In this document: in pieces, positions 1-10,026 of the stretch
Position numbering within the stretch: the stretch's first letter is position 1
Layout of the letters: the number at the start of each line of letters is the position of its first letter
Assembly: GCA_965261345.1 (NCBI GenBank)
Contig: OZ253449.1
Coordinates: 1,984,001 to 2,048,000 of the forward strand
Direction: 5' to 3'
Origin: Chloroflexota bacterium
GTDB lineage: Bacteria > Chloroflexota > UBA11872 > VXNJ01
Length of the DNA: 64,000 nucleotides
The notes under the pieces: model-generated
The model's input: only the letters and a program-made list of their open reading frames with translations
What the model was told of the DNA's origin: nothing
Database searches by the model: none
Translations under genes and position numbers: made by a program

Positions 1-532
1 GATCCAGCTGAAGGGTTTCCTGTTGATCCTCGGCCAACTGGGCAATATCTGAATCGATTGCCGCAATATAGCCCCGCAGCGCGTTGATCCGTTCGCCGCC
101 ACCGGCAACTGCTGAAAACTTGGCCAACTCGGCTTCAATCTGGTCGTGGACCGTGTCCAGGTTTCGATTGACCCGCTCGAATTCGGTCTGTGAATCGGAA
201 GTAATGATCTGCGGCCCGGCCGCCAGCAGGGTTGACGTGTGTCGCGCCAGGGTAAAGGCGGACGTCAATTCCGGGATGGTCGCACTGGTTATTTCGGTCT
301 GTGAACGGCCAACTGCCTCGAAGGAAATCATGCCGGTCAAACCGGCGCTAAAGGTCAGCAACAGGGCTCCGCCAATCCCGATGTATATGTGGGTTGAGAT
401 TTGTCGCGGAAACACCGGTAGGCGTACCAGCAGGCGCTCCCAGAAGCCGGGCCCGGCAGGGGTGGGGGCGCCGTCGCCGGTTGCGTCTTGACCTGAGGTT
501 GAATTCCGTTGCGGGAAATTCGTACTGGACAT
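1..532 (-). CDS. Membrane sensor protein (probable histidine kinase), N-terminal part; runs off window edge
   Basis: Not in ORF track. Manual translation from ATG 532, directly after the upstream TAA: MSSTNFPQ...IYIGIGGALLLTFSAGLTGMISF (TM), then helical TorS/4HB-like region SATIPELTSAFTLARH...; open to position 1. Confidence 0.6.
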   Translation of the reverse strand, partial: MSSTNFPQRNSTSGQDATGDGAPTPAGPGFWERLLVRLPVFPRQISTHIYIGIGGALLLTFSAGLTGMISFEAVGRSQTEITSATIPELTSAFTLARHTSTLLAAGPQIITSDSQTEFERVNRNLDTVHDQIEAELAKFSAVAGGGERINALRGYIAAIDSDIAQLAEDQQETLQLD

Positions 533-1798
533 TTATCCTTCAACCGGCGCGAATTGGCCGTCGCTGCCGATGACCGTTAAGAAAACCCGGTCGGATCCCT
601 GGTTGTCGTTCTCACCGAAGGCCAGTTCAAACCCCCCGAGTTGAATCCGACTGCTGGCCCGCAGACGCTCCAGGAAGCAGTTGCGGTCCAGGGCGGCGCC
701 ACACATTTCCAACCCGGCGATTGCCAGCCGTCCGGCCAGGTAGCCTTCAAACGAGACGAACCCGGGGGTTGCCGCCGGGTCGTGTTCGGCCAGCGCCGCC
801 AGGTATTGGGCGGTAATGGGCAAGGCCGGATCAGTCGGGAACGGAACCACCTGGGTCACCTGGACACCCACCCCCTGCGGCCCCAGATGTTCGGCCAGCG
901 AATTGCTGCCCACAAACGAGATCGCAACGAATTCTGAATCCAAGCCGGTGGCCTTGGCCAGTGCGATAAGCGAGCCGACCGGTTCATAGGCCCCGACCGC
1001 GATGATCGCCTCGGGCGCCGCCGCGGCAAGATCTAACAGCGCGGTCTTGACCGCCGTTGTATTGCGGGTATAGAGTCCCACTCCGACCGCTGCCATGCCG
1101 CGCCGGTCCAGCGCCGCGCGTACTCCGTTGTAACCCGCCCGTCCGAATGAATCGTCCTGGTAGAGCACCCCCACCCGGGTATATCCCTTGACCCCTACGA
1201 GCTGCTGCACCATGGCCTCGGTCTCCTGGTCATAGGACGCCCGCAGGTTGATCACGATCCCAAGATCCGGATTGCGCAAGAATCCGGCCCCGGTAAAGGG
1301 GGCAATGAACGGGACGCCGGTTTCAGCGGCCACCGGCACGGTTGAGCGCGATGTCGGGGTCCCCACTGATCCGATCAGGGCAAAAACGGCCGAATTCCGT
1401 ATTAAGGACTGGGCATTGGCGATTGCGGCTTCAGGTTCGTAGTAGTCGTCGAGCGATTTGAGCCGCAATCTGCGGCCGGCGATCCCGCCGGCCGCGTTGG
1501 CTTCAGCAAAAGCGGCCAGGATGCCGCGCCGCATCTCGATGCCCAACCCTCGGGCGGGCCCGCTGAAAGCGGCGGTCTGGCCAAAAAGCACAAATTCGGA
1601 ATAGACTCCCGGATCATTGGGCACTGCGGGATCGCCGGCTTGGGCGGCGGCCACATCGGGAACCATCGCCGGATCGGCGGCCGAAGGCTGGTTCCAGCGC
1701 AATTGCCATGCGATCGCCAATCCGATCACGACCATTCCGATTAGCGCCAGTCCGGCCAACCTATACCGGATGCGCGTCGCGAACAGAATCGGTCGCAC
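533..1798 (-). CDS. Type 1 periplasmic-binding-fold protein (LivJ-like ligand-binding protein) with N-terminal TM anchor
   Basis: FGQTAAFSGPA, NAAGGIAGRRL, DDYYEP, VGTPT, RASYDQE, YQDDSFG, FEGYLAG motifs. Confidence 0.85.
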   Translation of the reverse strand: MRPILFATRIRYRLAGLALIGMVVIGLAIAWQLRWNQPSAADPAMVPDVAAAQAGDPAVPNDPGVYSEFVLFGQTAAFSGPARGLGIEMRRGILAAFAEANAAGGIAGRRLRLKSLDDYYEPEAAIANAQSLIRNSAVFALIGSVGTPTSRSTVPVAAETGVPFIAPFTGAGFLRNPDLGIVINLRASYDQETEAMVQQLVGVKGYTRVGVLYQDDSFGRAGYNGVRAALDRRGMAAVGVGLYTRNTTAVKTALLDLAAAAPEAIIAVGAYEPVGSLIALAKATGLDSEFVAISFVGSNSLAEHLGPQGVGVQVTQVVPFPTDPALPITAQYLAALAEHDPAATPGFVSFEGYLAGRLAIAGLEMCGAALDRNCFLERLRASSRIQLGGFELAFGENDNQGSDRVFLTVIGSDGQFAPVEG

Positions 1799-2215
1799 CT
1801 AGCGCGATATAACGACGTCTAGATAGTTGCGATCGGCCTCGCGCCGGTAGTGGATGCTTTCGGCCAGGGCGACGCAGAGAAAGACTCCCAGCCCGCCAAT
1901 GGGCCGTTCTTCCAGCGACGCGTCGACATCCGGAGAGGATGTTTCGCGAAGCGGGTCAAAGGCGATGCCGGAGTCGCTGAACTCGATCAACACCGATTGC
2001 GGGGTCGCCTCTATCACCATTTCAAACGTCTCCTCCTGCTTTAAGCCCGAATAGGAGATGATGTTGAGCCCGAGCTCCTCAACCGCTAACTCAACCTTGA
2101 ATTCCAGCTCCGAGGACCAGCCGTCGGCGCGGGCGAATTCGCCGACCGCACCTGCCATGTTGGCGATTTCTTCCCGCCGGGCAGGGTACCGCCAGGATTT
2201 TTTCACCGATATCAA
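1799..2215 (-). CDS. Anti-sigma factor / Ser kinase, RsbW/SpoIIAB-like (HATPase_c)
   Basis: LAVEELGLNII N-box, SDSGIAFDP, RPIGGLGVFL; TTGA overlap with upstream gene. Confidence 0.85.
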   Translation of the reverse strand: MISVKKSWRYPARREEIANMAGAVGEFARADGWSSELEFKVELAVEELGLNIISYSGLKQEETFEMVIEATPQSVLIEFSDSGIAFDPLRETSSPDVDASLEERPIGGLGVFLCVALAESIHYRREADRNYLDVVISR

Positions 2216-3438
2216 TCCCCACCGATTCGACAGAGCGCCAGACAGGTAATGTCGTCGAACTGGTCGTACCCGGCGGAAAAATCATCGACCGAGGCGGTTA
2301 CCGTGGCGATTGCGGTATCGGCGGCGTTCGGCGGGTTGGACGCGAGCAGTTCGCGAAGACGATCCAGTCCGAACTGGTCGCTACCGTCCGAAGTGGCATC
2401 GGTTACCCCGTCGGTATAGGAAACAAAAGAATCGCCCGGTTCAAGCTGAAGTGTTGCCGATTCGTATTCGAATCCGGGCAACACGCCCATGGCGATGCCG
2501 CCAGTAGTTGGCAGCACCCTGGTTTGGCCGTCGCTGCTTACCACCAGCGGCTGATCGTGGCCGGCGTTGGCATAGTCCAGGACCCCTGAGGCTGGGTCGT
2601 ACTCGCCGTAGAAAACGGTCACGAACATCGTGTCCGGGTTGTCGGCGCAGAGCAGGTCGTTGGCTTCGGCCATGATCGCCCCCGGGTTACCCCCGCGCAT
2701 CGCCGCCCCCTTCAGGACGGTCCGCGCCGCCATCATAAAGAGGGCCGACGAGACGCCCTTGTCGGAGACGTCGGCGATGGTGATGCCAATTTTCCCGTTG
2801 CCCAATTCCAGTACGTCGTAGAAATCTCCACCCACGTTGCGGGCCGGTTTCATTGAAGCCGATACGCTGAAATTTTCCGCCGCCGGGAACGTGGTGGGAA
2901 GAATCGATTGCTGCAACCTACGGGCGATGTCGAGCTCGTTCTGCAGCGCCACCAGTTGGTCGCGCGCTGATAGGGCTGCCAACCAAAGGCTCAGGTTCTC
3001 AAGCGCCCGATCGATCGTTATCGCCAGATCCTTGAAATCGACCGGCTTGGTTACAAAGTCAAAGGCGCCCCGGTTCATGGCGGTGCGGATGTTGTCCATG
3101 TCGCCGTAGGCTGAAATGATCACGGCGCGGATGTCAGGGTCGATCTTGGGGATCTGCTGGAGCAGCGTCAGGCCGTCCATCTTGGGCATATTGATATCGG
3201 AGAGGACCAGCTTGATATCGCGGTCTTGCTCTAACTGCTCGAGCGCTTCAACGCCGTTGCTGGCAAAACTGAATTCGTACAGTCCGGCCCGGATGCTGCG
3301 CCGCAGGCGCTGCCGGATCAGTGGTTGCAGATCGGGTTCGTCATCGACAACGAGGATCTTGCTCGGTTTATCGGAGGGAGCCGGCCTATCCGCGTTGCCG
3401 GCCGCCGCGCGATCAGACGACGGACGATGGACGGTCAT
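2212..3438 (-). CDS. Response regulator REC fused to PP2C/SpoIIE (RsbU-like) phosphatase
   Basis: REC VVDDE, SDINMP, FVTKP; PP2C GGDFYD, ADVSDKG, YTDGVTD, DDITCL. Confidence 0.92.
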   Translation of the reverse strand: MTVHRPSSDRAAAGNADRPAPSDKPSKILVVDDEPDLQPLIRQRLRRSIRAGLYEFSFASNGVEALEQLEQDRDIKLVLSDINMPKMDGLTLLQQIPKIDPDIRAVIISAYGDMDNIRTAMNRGAFDFVTKPVDFKDLAITIDRALENLSLWLAALSARDQLVALQNELDIARRLQQSILPTTFPAAENFSVSASMKPARNVGGDFYDVLELGNGKIGITIADVSDKGVSSALFMMAARTVLKGAAMRGGNPGAIMAEANDLLCADNPDTMFVTVFYGEYDPASGVLDYANAGHDQPLVVSSDGQTRVLPTTGGIAMGVLPGFEYESATLQLEPGDSFVSYTDGVTDATSDGSDQFGLDRLRELLASNPPNAADTAIATVTASVDDFSAGYDQFDDITCLALCRIGGD

Positions 3439-3486
3439 TGCGCGATCTTTTCGGCCAGGCGGTCAAGCCAGCGGAAAAGCACTAGA

Positions 3487-3834
3487 TCACCCGTTCAATG
3501 CGGCTACGGCTGAGGCCTGATCGGAATGAACGTTGATGATCCTGTCGAATCCGGAAATCCGGAATACTTCGCTGATCTGCGGGTTTAATGCGCAGGCCGC
3601 CATCTGGCCGCCACTCTGGCTCATTTTGCGGGCCAGCAGCAATACCACCCGCAATCCGGCGCTGGAAATATAGGTGATATCGGCAAAGTCCAGGACGAGA
3701 GATTTATCGTCCTCGGTCAATGCCGATTCGACGTTTGCGAACACATCGCGCGCATTGGTGCCGTCGACGCGGCCGGAAAGCTCGGTAATTAGCACCGATC
3801 CCTCGCGTATCGCGTTAAAGCTGGCTTCGCCCAT
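3487..3834 (-). CDS. STAS anti-anti-sigma factor, RsbV/SpoIIAA-like
   Basis: 115 aa; LDFADITYISSAGLRV with phosphoacceptor Ser; VFRISGFD. Confidence 0.92.
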   Translation of the reverse strand: MGEASFNAIREGSVLITELSGRVDGTNARDVFANVESALTEDDKSLVLDFADITYISSAGLRVVLLLARKMSQSGGQMAACALNPQISEVFRISGFDRIINVHSDQASAVAALNG

Positions 3835-4047
3835 ATTGCCCCTCTAGTAAAAAGGCCCCTAGTTGAATCTGAAGTTGGCCGTGCATTGCGATGCGAGCTT
3901 ACGCTCGCAATTGGGGTCAACTGCCGGAGCCCGGCACCCTCAGTTTAAAACTGTACGGATGCCGGTTGACGCAGCGGCGACCAAAGCACCGATCGGACGC
4001 CGATTCGGTGGCTTGCTATTACCAGTTCTCGGCCGGCAATTTGCTGG

Positions 4048-4812
4048 TTAGAACGGGCGGCGGGCGAGCGAGAACGATTGCCCGGTTGGGCCGCCGGTGG
4101 GCAGAACCGCCATCCAGGCGACCAGTTGCCCGACCTCGTCGGGATGCTTAACGCGTTCTGATTCGGCGAATGGTGGCGGTTTATCGGCGAATTCAGCCAG
4201 CACCGTCTCGACCGATGTGCGATCGTCGGCCCAACCGACATTGGTGGTTGCCACCAATCCGGGTATTACGTCGTTTACGTCGATGCCGCGATCCCAGACC
4301 TCCAGCGACAACACTTGAGTGAGCATGTGCACTCCGGCTTTGGCAACGGCGTAGGGGCTGTTGCCGGGCATGGCGCTCAGACCCATGCCGGAAGCGATAT
4401 TTATGATCTTGCCCCCGCGCGGAATGTGAGCGAGGAATGCCCTGGTCACGTAATAGGTCCCATATAAATTGATGTCAACCGTCTGCGTCCAACCCTGCGG
4501 CGAACTTTCGGCCAGGGGTAGTGTTTCAAAGGAGCCGCCGGCGTTGTTGACCAGGATGTCGCAGCCTGAAAATTCCGCGACCACCGCGTCGGCAAACTTG
4601 CTCACGGTTTCCCAGTCGGCCACGTCAACGCGGGCAACCATGCAGCGTCGGCCCAACAGGTTGACCGCTTCGGCCAGGCTGTTTAGTTCGTCAATCGAGC
4701 GCGAGCATCCCACAATATCGGCGCCCTCCCGCGCCAAGGCCATCGCGATCGAGCGGCCGATGCCTCTCCCGGCGCCGGTAATGACGGCGATTTTTCCCTG
4801 CAACTGGCCCAT
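4048..4812 (-). CDS. Short-chain dehydrogenase/reductase
   Basis: TGAGRGIG, NNAG, YAVAK. Confidence 0.92.
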   Translation of the reverse strand: MGQLQGKIAVITGAGRGIGRSIAMALAREGADIVGCSRSIDELNSLAEAVNLLGRRCMVARVDVADWETVSKFADAVVAEFSGCDILVNNAGGSFETLPLAESSPQGWTQTVDINLYGTYYVTRAFLAHIPRGGKIINIASGMGLSAMPGNSPYAVAKAGVHMLTQVLSLEVWDRGIDVNDVIPGLVATTNVGWADDRTSVETVLAEFADKPPPFAESERVKHPDEVGQLVAWMAVLPTGGPTGQSFSLARRPF

Positions 4813-4991
4813 TGGCTGCGCAACTCCCTCGATTTCGGCATGCGGATCGTGCGACCCGCTTGCCGAGTTATTTGCCCAAGCAAATTTACCCGTCCGGAAA
4901 TTGGTACATAGAAAATAACTGTTGGTAGTTGAAAATCTAGCGTTGTTCGTTCGCCCAAGCCTCTGGCGGCACCCTTGGTTCTAATCCGATC

Positions 4992-6182
4992 TTGCCGATA
5001 AAAATCTCCCAGCGCGCCGACCGCATGGCCGAGTCGGCCACCATGGCGGTGGCCGGCCGCGCCGCCCAGATGCGGCGGCAAGGCATCGACGTTATCAGCT
5101 TCGGCGCCGGTGAACCGGATTTCGACACCCCCGATCCGGTCAAACGGGCGGCGATAGATGCCCTCGAGCAGGGCCGCACTGGATACGCTGCGCCGGCCTC
5201 GGGGATCGTCCCGCTTAAGGACGCGATTGAGCTCGCCCTGCGCCGTGACGCCGGGCTCGAATATGCGGCGAACCAGGTCATCGTTACCTGTGGTGGCAAG
5301 GAAGCCCTCTTCCTGGCGTTCGCCGCCCTGTTGGATCCCGGCGACGAGGTAATCATCCCGGCTCCATATTGGGTTTCCTTTCCCGAGCAGGTCACGCTCT
5401 GCGATGGAGTGCCGGTAATCGTTGCCGGAAAAAGGGAAAACGACTACAAGTTGACGCCCGATCAGGTGGCTGAAGCAATCACCGACCGAACCAGGGCATT
5501 CGTATTCAATTCCCCGTCAAACCCCGGCGGTTTCGTCTATTCGCCTGGTGAAGCCCGGGCCATCGCCGAGGTGTTTAGCGGTGGGCCGGTCACCGTGCTG
5601 GCCGACGAGATTTACGACCAGTTGGTATTCGGCGGGGCCGACTTTCAGAACTTTGCCAGCATTTCCGAAGATGCGTACCAGCGCACGATTACTTTCAACG
5701 CCTCCAGCAAGACATACGCGATGACCGGGTGGCGCTTGGGTTTTGCGGCCGGCCCTCAATCGGTGATTTCCGCCATGGCCAAGATCCAAACTCAGACGAC
5801 CTCCGGGGCCTGCAACTTCACCCAATACGGCTACGCTGCGGCCCTGGCAGGCGATCAGTCGCTGGTTGCCGAGCGGAGGTCGGAATTTGCCCGCCGCGGC
5901 CAGTACTGTTACGAACGCCTCAATCAGATGCCGGGGGTGCACTGTTCGCGCCCGCAGGGCGCTTTCTACGCGCTGCCCGATGTATCGGGCAGCTACGAAC
6001 GGCTTGGGGTCAGCGGATCAATTGAGTTTTCGGAGCGATTGCTCGAACAGGCCCACACCGCGGTAGTCGCCGGAGCGGCCTTCGGAATGGATGCGACGGT
6101 GCGCCTCAGTTTCGCCACCGACTTCGACACCCTCGTGAGGGGCCTGGACCGGATTGCGAAATTCCTCGAGGTGGAAATGTAG
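4992..6182 (+). CDS. PLP-dependent class I/II aminotransferase (aspartate aminotransferase-like)
   Basis: GAGEPDFDTP, NSPSNPGG, DEIY, SKTYAMTGWRLG. Confidence 0.92.
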   Translation: MPIKISQRADRMAESATMAVAGRAAQMRRQGIDVISFGAGEPDFDTPDPVKRAAIDALEQGRTGYAAPASGIVPLKDAIELALRRDAGLEYAANQVIVTCGGKEALFLAFAALLDPGDEVIIPAPYWVSFPEQVTLCDGVPVIVAGKRENDYKLTPDQVAEAITDRTRAFVFNSPSNPGGFVYSPGEARAIAEVFSGGPVTVLADEIYDQLVFGGADFQNFASISEDAYQRTITFNASSKTYAMTGWRLGFAAGPQSVISAMAKIQTQTTSGACNFTQYGYAAALAGDQSLVAERRSEFARRGQYCYERLNQMPGVHCSRPQGAFYALPDVSGSYERLGVSGSIEFSERLLEQAHTAVVAGAAFGMDATVRLSFATDFDTLVRGLDRIAKFLEVEM

Positions 6183-6190
6183 ATGGATCG

Positions 6191-7147
6191 ATGAAACCGG
6201 ATTGTTGCCCCCCACCTAGATCGGCCGTCACCGTTGCGGCCGCCGCCAGTTCGCACCCCATCGCACCCGAACTAGGCAGTGTTCCTGAGGGCATGTCGTT
6301 CGTTCCGGGCGGGGAGTTCCTAATGGGAACCGAAAGCAGCGAAGGTTTTGCCGAAGACGGTGAGGGCCCGATCCGGGCGGTGACCCTGGACCCCTTCTAC
6401 ATCGACCAGACTCAGGTGACCAACCGCCAATTTGCCCAATTCATCAAGGCCACCAGTTACAAGACCGAGTCGGAGCGATTCGGCTGGTCTTTTGTATTCG
6501 AACTCCTGGTCCCGGGGCGCATTCTGCGGGAGAACCCGCAACGGGTGAACGAGGTTCCGTGGTGGTTGGCGGTAAATGGGGCCAGCTGGAAGCACCCAGA
6601 AGGTCCCGGGTCCAACGTAAAGAAGCGGCCCGATCACCCGGTGGTGCAAGTTTCCTGGAACGACGCTCAAGCCTATTGCCAGTGGGCCGGTAAACGCCTC
6701 CCAACCGAGGCTGAATGGGAATGCGCTGCCCGCGGCGGGTTGGATCAGGCGATCTATCCATGGGGCGATGAGTTGACGCCCGGTGGGGGGCATATGGCCA
6801 ACATCTGGCAGGGCAAGTTCCCTGGCTTAAACACCCGCGACGATGGATATCTCGGCACCTGCCCGGTTGGGGTTTACCCGCCCAATGGATTTGAGATCTA
6901 CGGCGCGGCCGGCAACGTCTGGGAATGGTGCAGCGACTGGTTCAGTCCCAATTTCCATCTGCGGACTTCGCGCGTTAATCCAGTGGGGCCACCCCAGGGA
7001 TCGGTCCGCGTAATGCGCGGCGGATCGTATCTCTGTCATGATTCCTACTGCAACCGCTACCGGGTGGGCGCCCGCAATCGCAACACCCCTGACACCGGCG
7101 CCGGAAACCTCGGATTTCGCTGCGCCATGAGCGCCCGACCAACTTAA
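6191..7147 (+). CDS. Formylglycine-generating enzyme (sulfatase maturase)
   Basis: HPVVQVSWNDA, RLPTEAEWE, GNVWEW, catalytic RGGSYLCHDSYCNRYR. Confidence 0.92.
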   Translation: MKPDCCPPPRSAVTVAAAASSHPIAPELGSVPEGMSFVPGGEFLMGTESSEGFAEDGEGPIRAVTLDPFYIDQTQVTNRQFAQFIKATSYKTESERFGWSFVFELLVPGRILRENPQRVNEVPWWLAVNGASWKHPEGPGSNVKKRPDHPVVQVSWNDAQAYCQWAGKRLPTEAEWECAARGGLDQAIYPWGDELTPGGGHMANIWQGKFPGLNTRDDGYLGTCPVGVYPPNGFEIYGAAGNVWEWCSDWFSPNFHLRTSRVNPVGPPQGSVRVMRGGSYLCHDSYCNRYRVGARNRNTPDTGAGNLGFRCAMSARPT

Positions 7148-7167
7148 CGGCCGTGCAGCTGGCCGAG

Positions 7168-8616
7168 CTAATAAAGTGCCAGTTTTTGGTGCGTGCGATC
7201 GTAGGTTGTGGCCAGCTTTAGCAACAACGCCTTGCGCATTTCGGCCAGGGCGGCCTGCCCCGAATCCATACCCGCCAGGTTGACGTGTTCGCCGGGATCG
7301 GCCCGGCGATCGTAGAGGATTTCGTCGCCCGCGTGGCTGATCCAGTACTTGTAATCGTGCGAAATCAGGGTTAGCACCGAGGAGCCGCCCAGGCGGTAGC
7401 GGCCGGTCGAGGGCGCTCCGGAGTGCACCGCCGAATTCCCCGGATCGAAATATTCGACCAGAACTGTATTGCGGGCGGTTGCGCCGCCGTTGGTTAAATG
7501 CGGCCAGAGCGAATCCCCGTCGATTTGCCGCGGGATCTCCAGGCCCAACCCGTCGAGCAGCGTCGGCACCAGATCTACCGCTTCGAAAAATCCGTCCACG
7601 GTCGCGTTGCCGGGTAGCGCTTCCGGCCAGCGCCAGACCATCGGTACGTGGAGGCAGGAATCGTAGTGGGCCTGGTGTTTGCCCATCGTGTAGTTGTCGC
7701 CGCAGGCGTCACCGTGGTCTGAGTAATAGACAACGATCGTGTTGTCGAGCTGCCCAGTGCTCGCGAGGTGGTCGATGATGCGTCCGCAGTGGAAGTCGAC
7801 CATCGTGCAGCTGGCGTAATAGTAGCGCCTAAATTGCATCACCTCTTCCTCGGCTGGAAGCAGAGCCTGCGAAATCTGGCGGACCATCTCCGGCTTGTCG
7901 GCCAGCTCACCGGGCACCACGTCGGGCGGCGGTACGGTTTCAAGCGGGTAGTGATCGAGATATTTAGGCAGCGGGTTGCACGGGAGGTGGGGAAGGTAGA
8001 AACCGGCGATTGCAAACCAGGGCGTATCGCCCGACCCGTCGATGAAATCGATCGTCTGATCGGCCACCCAGGCGCTGTAAGACAGCTCTTCGGGACCGGC
8101 GAAATCCATGTAAAGCATGCCTTCACGTTCGCTGGAAAGAGGGTGGGGGACACCCACTGTTGTCTCCATTCCCGGGGCTACATGGCGGATCCAACGGATG
8201 TAGTCGTCGGGGTAGGAGCCGGGTTCGTCCGCGTTGACATGCACGTCAAATCCATAGGCCGGGTGCGGGCGATCATAGTTCCGGTTGGAATGTGGCAGGA
8301 AGTGCAGTTTGCCCAGATTGCCGGTGCGATAACCGGCGTGCGAGAGGAGATTGGCGATCGTTATTTCCTGCTCGGGCAGCGTGAAGCCGTTCGAGGTAAC
8401 GCCATGATTGTGTGGATATCGCCCGGTAAGCAGGGTTGCCCGCGATGGCATGCAGACTGGATTGTTTACATAACATCCGGTCAGATTTACCCCCTCGGCG
8501 GCCAGGCGATCAATGTTGGGAGTCTTAACGTAGCCGTGCGAGTTGACCCCCAGACAATCGAAGCGCTGCTGATCGGAGGTCAAAAACAATACGTTGGGCC
8601 GACTGCGTTTGGTCAT
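7168..8616 (-). CDS. Cys-type sulfatase
   Basis: PNVLFLTSDQ, CMPSRATLLTG (CxPxR), GKLH, SDHG. Confidence 0.92.
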   Translation of the reverse strand: MTKRSRPNVLFLTSDQQRFDCLGVNSHGYVKTPNIDRLAAEGVNLTGCYVNNPVCMPSRATLLTGRYPHNHGVTSNGFTLPEQEITIANLLSHAGYRTGNLGKLHFLPHSNRNYDRPHPAYGFDVHVNADEPGSYPDDYIRWIRHVAPGMETTVGVPHPLSSEREGMLYMDFAGPEELSYSAWVADQTIDFIDGSGDTPWFAIAGFYLPHLPCNPLPKYLDHYPLETVPPPDVVPGELADKPEMVRQISQALLPAEEEVMQFRRYYYASCTMVDFHCGRIIDHLASTGQLDNTIVVYYSDHGDACGDNYTMGKHQAHYDSCLHVPMVWRWPEALPGNATVDGFFEAVDLVPTLLDGLGLEIPRQIDGDSLWPHLTNGGATARNTVLVEYFDPGNSAVHSGAPSTGRYRLGGSSVLTLISHDYKYWISHAGDEILYDRRADPGEHVNLAGMDSGQAALAEMRKALLLKLATTYDRTHQKLALY

Positions 8617-8829
8617 CGCGGCATTACCTTTCGCGATCGCAGGATGTGGCCCTGACCGCAGCGGGATACTGCCGTCGATCGCCTCTGAGCATTATCTGGT
8701 GCTACCGCCGCCCATCCAGACTGAAGCACTCGGCGATTGCCGACCGGCAAAATGTTTGCTCGCATCGCAGGGGTTCAATGCGCGTCCCGCCAGATCCGGG
8801 CCGGCCAAGTGATCCGCTTACGGCCGGAT

Positions 8830-10026
8830 CTAGCCGGATCGCAGCAGGCAGAGGCTGGCGGAATGCGTATGGACGTAACTGGAAGATCCCACCGGACCCA
8901 GTTCGCCGTTGGCGAAAAAGCCGGCCACCGGCACCTGGTTGCCGATCGCTTTGCCAACGATTCCAACGTCGCGATTGGGTTCAGCGTACAGTCGGGTCCC
9001 GCGGGCGTTGCAGGTAAATAGGAGCGCGGCCGCGGGCGGACTCGAAAATGCCTGGGGTGAGAGCAGCAGCTCGAAATCGTCGGCCGCCGCCGCTGCCGTT
9101 CTTACGTGAAAACGAACGATTTGGCCGACTCGGGTCAAGTCCATTACCGCGATCGCACCGGTTTCGGGGTTGACCCCCGAAACGTTGCGAATCAGGTAAT
9201 CAGAAGGCCCCGGCGGGTCATCGCAATCATCAACCGCGATTCCGACCAACAGTCCGCCGCTGCGCACGTAGGAACGGAGTTCCTCATCCAACTCGTGATA
9301 GAGATCGCGAAATACCAAGGCCGGATTGTGACCGTCCAACTCGGTGATCTGGTTGCGCGAAGCGCCGGTAATCTCGTATTCGGTACCAATTGGACGGCAT
9401 CCCTGCGAGAGGATGATTTCGGGTTCGATGCTTCCGCCAAGGGCCAGGCCGACCACTCCCTCGTCGCGAATCTGCCCGTTGGCGGCCAGCCGGGTCATCC
9501 CCGGGCTCTGGCTACCGCTGGCCACCCCGCCAACCACCGGCGTGAGCGGAAAGGCCGCGTCAAAGGCCGGTAGCAGATGCCGCAGGGGAGCCGAAAAGGG
9601 TTCGGCGAGAAGTATGAAGATCTTGGGCTGAAAATCCAACCCCAAGCGGCCGCGCAGATTTTCCGGGCTGGCGAAGACGTATTGCCAATCCGCGTCGCCC
9701 AACTCGAATCCCGCACAGCAAAGATCCGGCCCCCATCCGGCCATCAGGGCCGCGGCCGGTCGGACCTCGACCTCGCGTTCATTGCCGATAACCCATTCCG
9801 CCGAGCAGGCGATCGAGGTGGCCGGCCGCAGGGTGTTTTCAAGCTCGGCGATCTGATACTCAGCCTCGGCCCGATTGTTGGGAGCTGTAAAAAGAAGTGC
9901 TAGATCGGGTGGCTCGGTTCGATCTCCGACGATGCTGTCGACCAGTGCCGGTACGGTTTGGGCAGGGCTCTGGTCGGCAGCCAGCGCCGAAGCAAAGTAA
10001 AGTCCGTCCGTCGCTGCCCTGGTCAG
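8830..10026 (-). CDS. FIST signal-transduction domain protein (about 398 aa; probable CTG start)
   Basis: VVGGVAS, SQGCRPIG, FTCNARG, GFFANGELGP; frame open upstream of ATG 9744 with FIST-like YFASALA..DLALLF..ACSAEWVIG. Confidence 0.8.
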   Translation of the reverse strand: MTRAATDGLYFASALAADQSPAQTVPALVDSIVGDRTEPPDLALLFTAPNNRAEAEYQIAELENTLRPATSIACSAEWVIGNEREVEVRPAAALMAGWGPDLCCAGFELGDADWQYVFASPENLRGRLGLDFQPKIFILLAEPFSAPLRHLLPAFDAAFPLTPVVGGVASGSQSPGMTRLAANGQIRDEGVVGLALGGSIEPEIILSQGCRPIGTEYEITGASRNQITELDGHNPALVFRDLYHELDEELRSYVRSGGLLVGIAVDDCDDPPGPSDYLIRNVSGVNPETGAIAVMDLTRVGQIVRFHVRTAAAAADDFELLLSPQAFSSPPAAALLFTCNARGTRLYAEPNRDVGIVGKAIGNQVPVAGFFANGELGPVGSSSYVHTHSASLCLLRSG

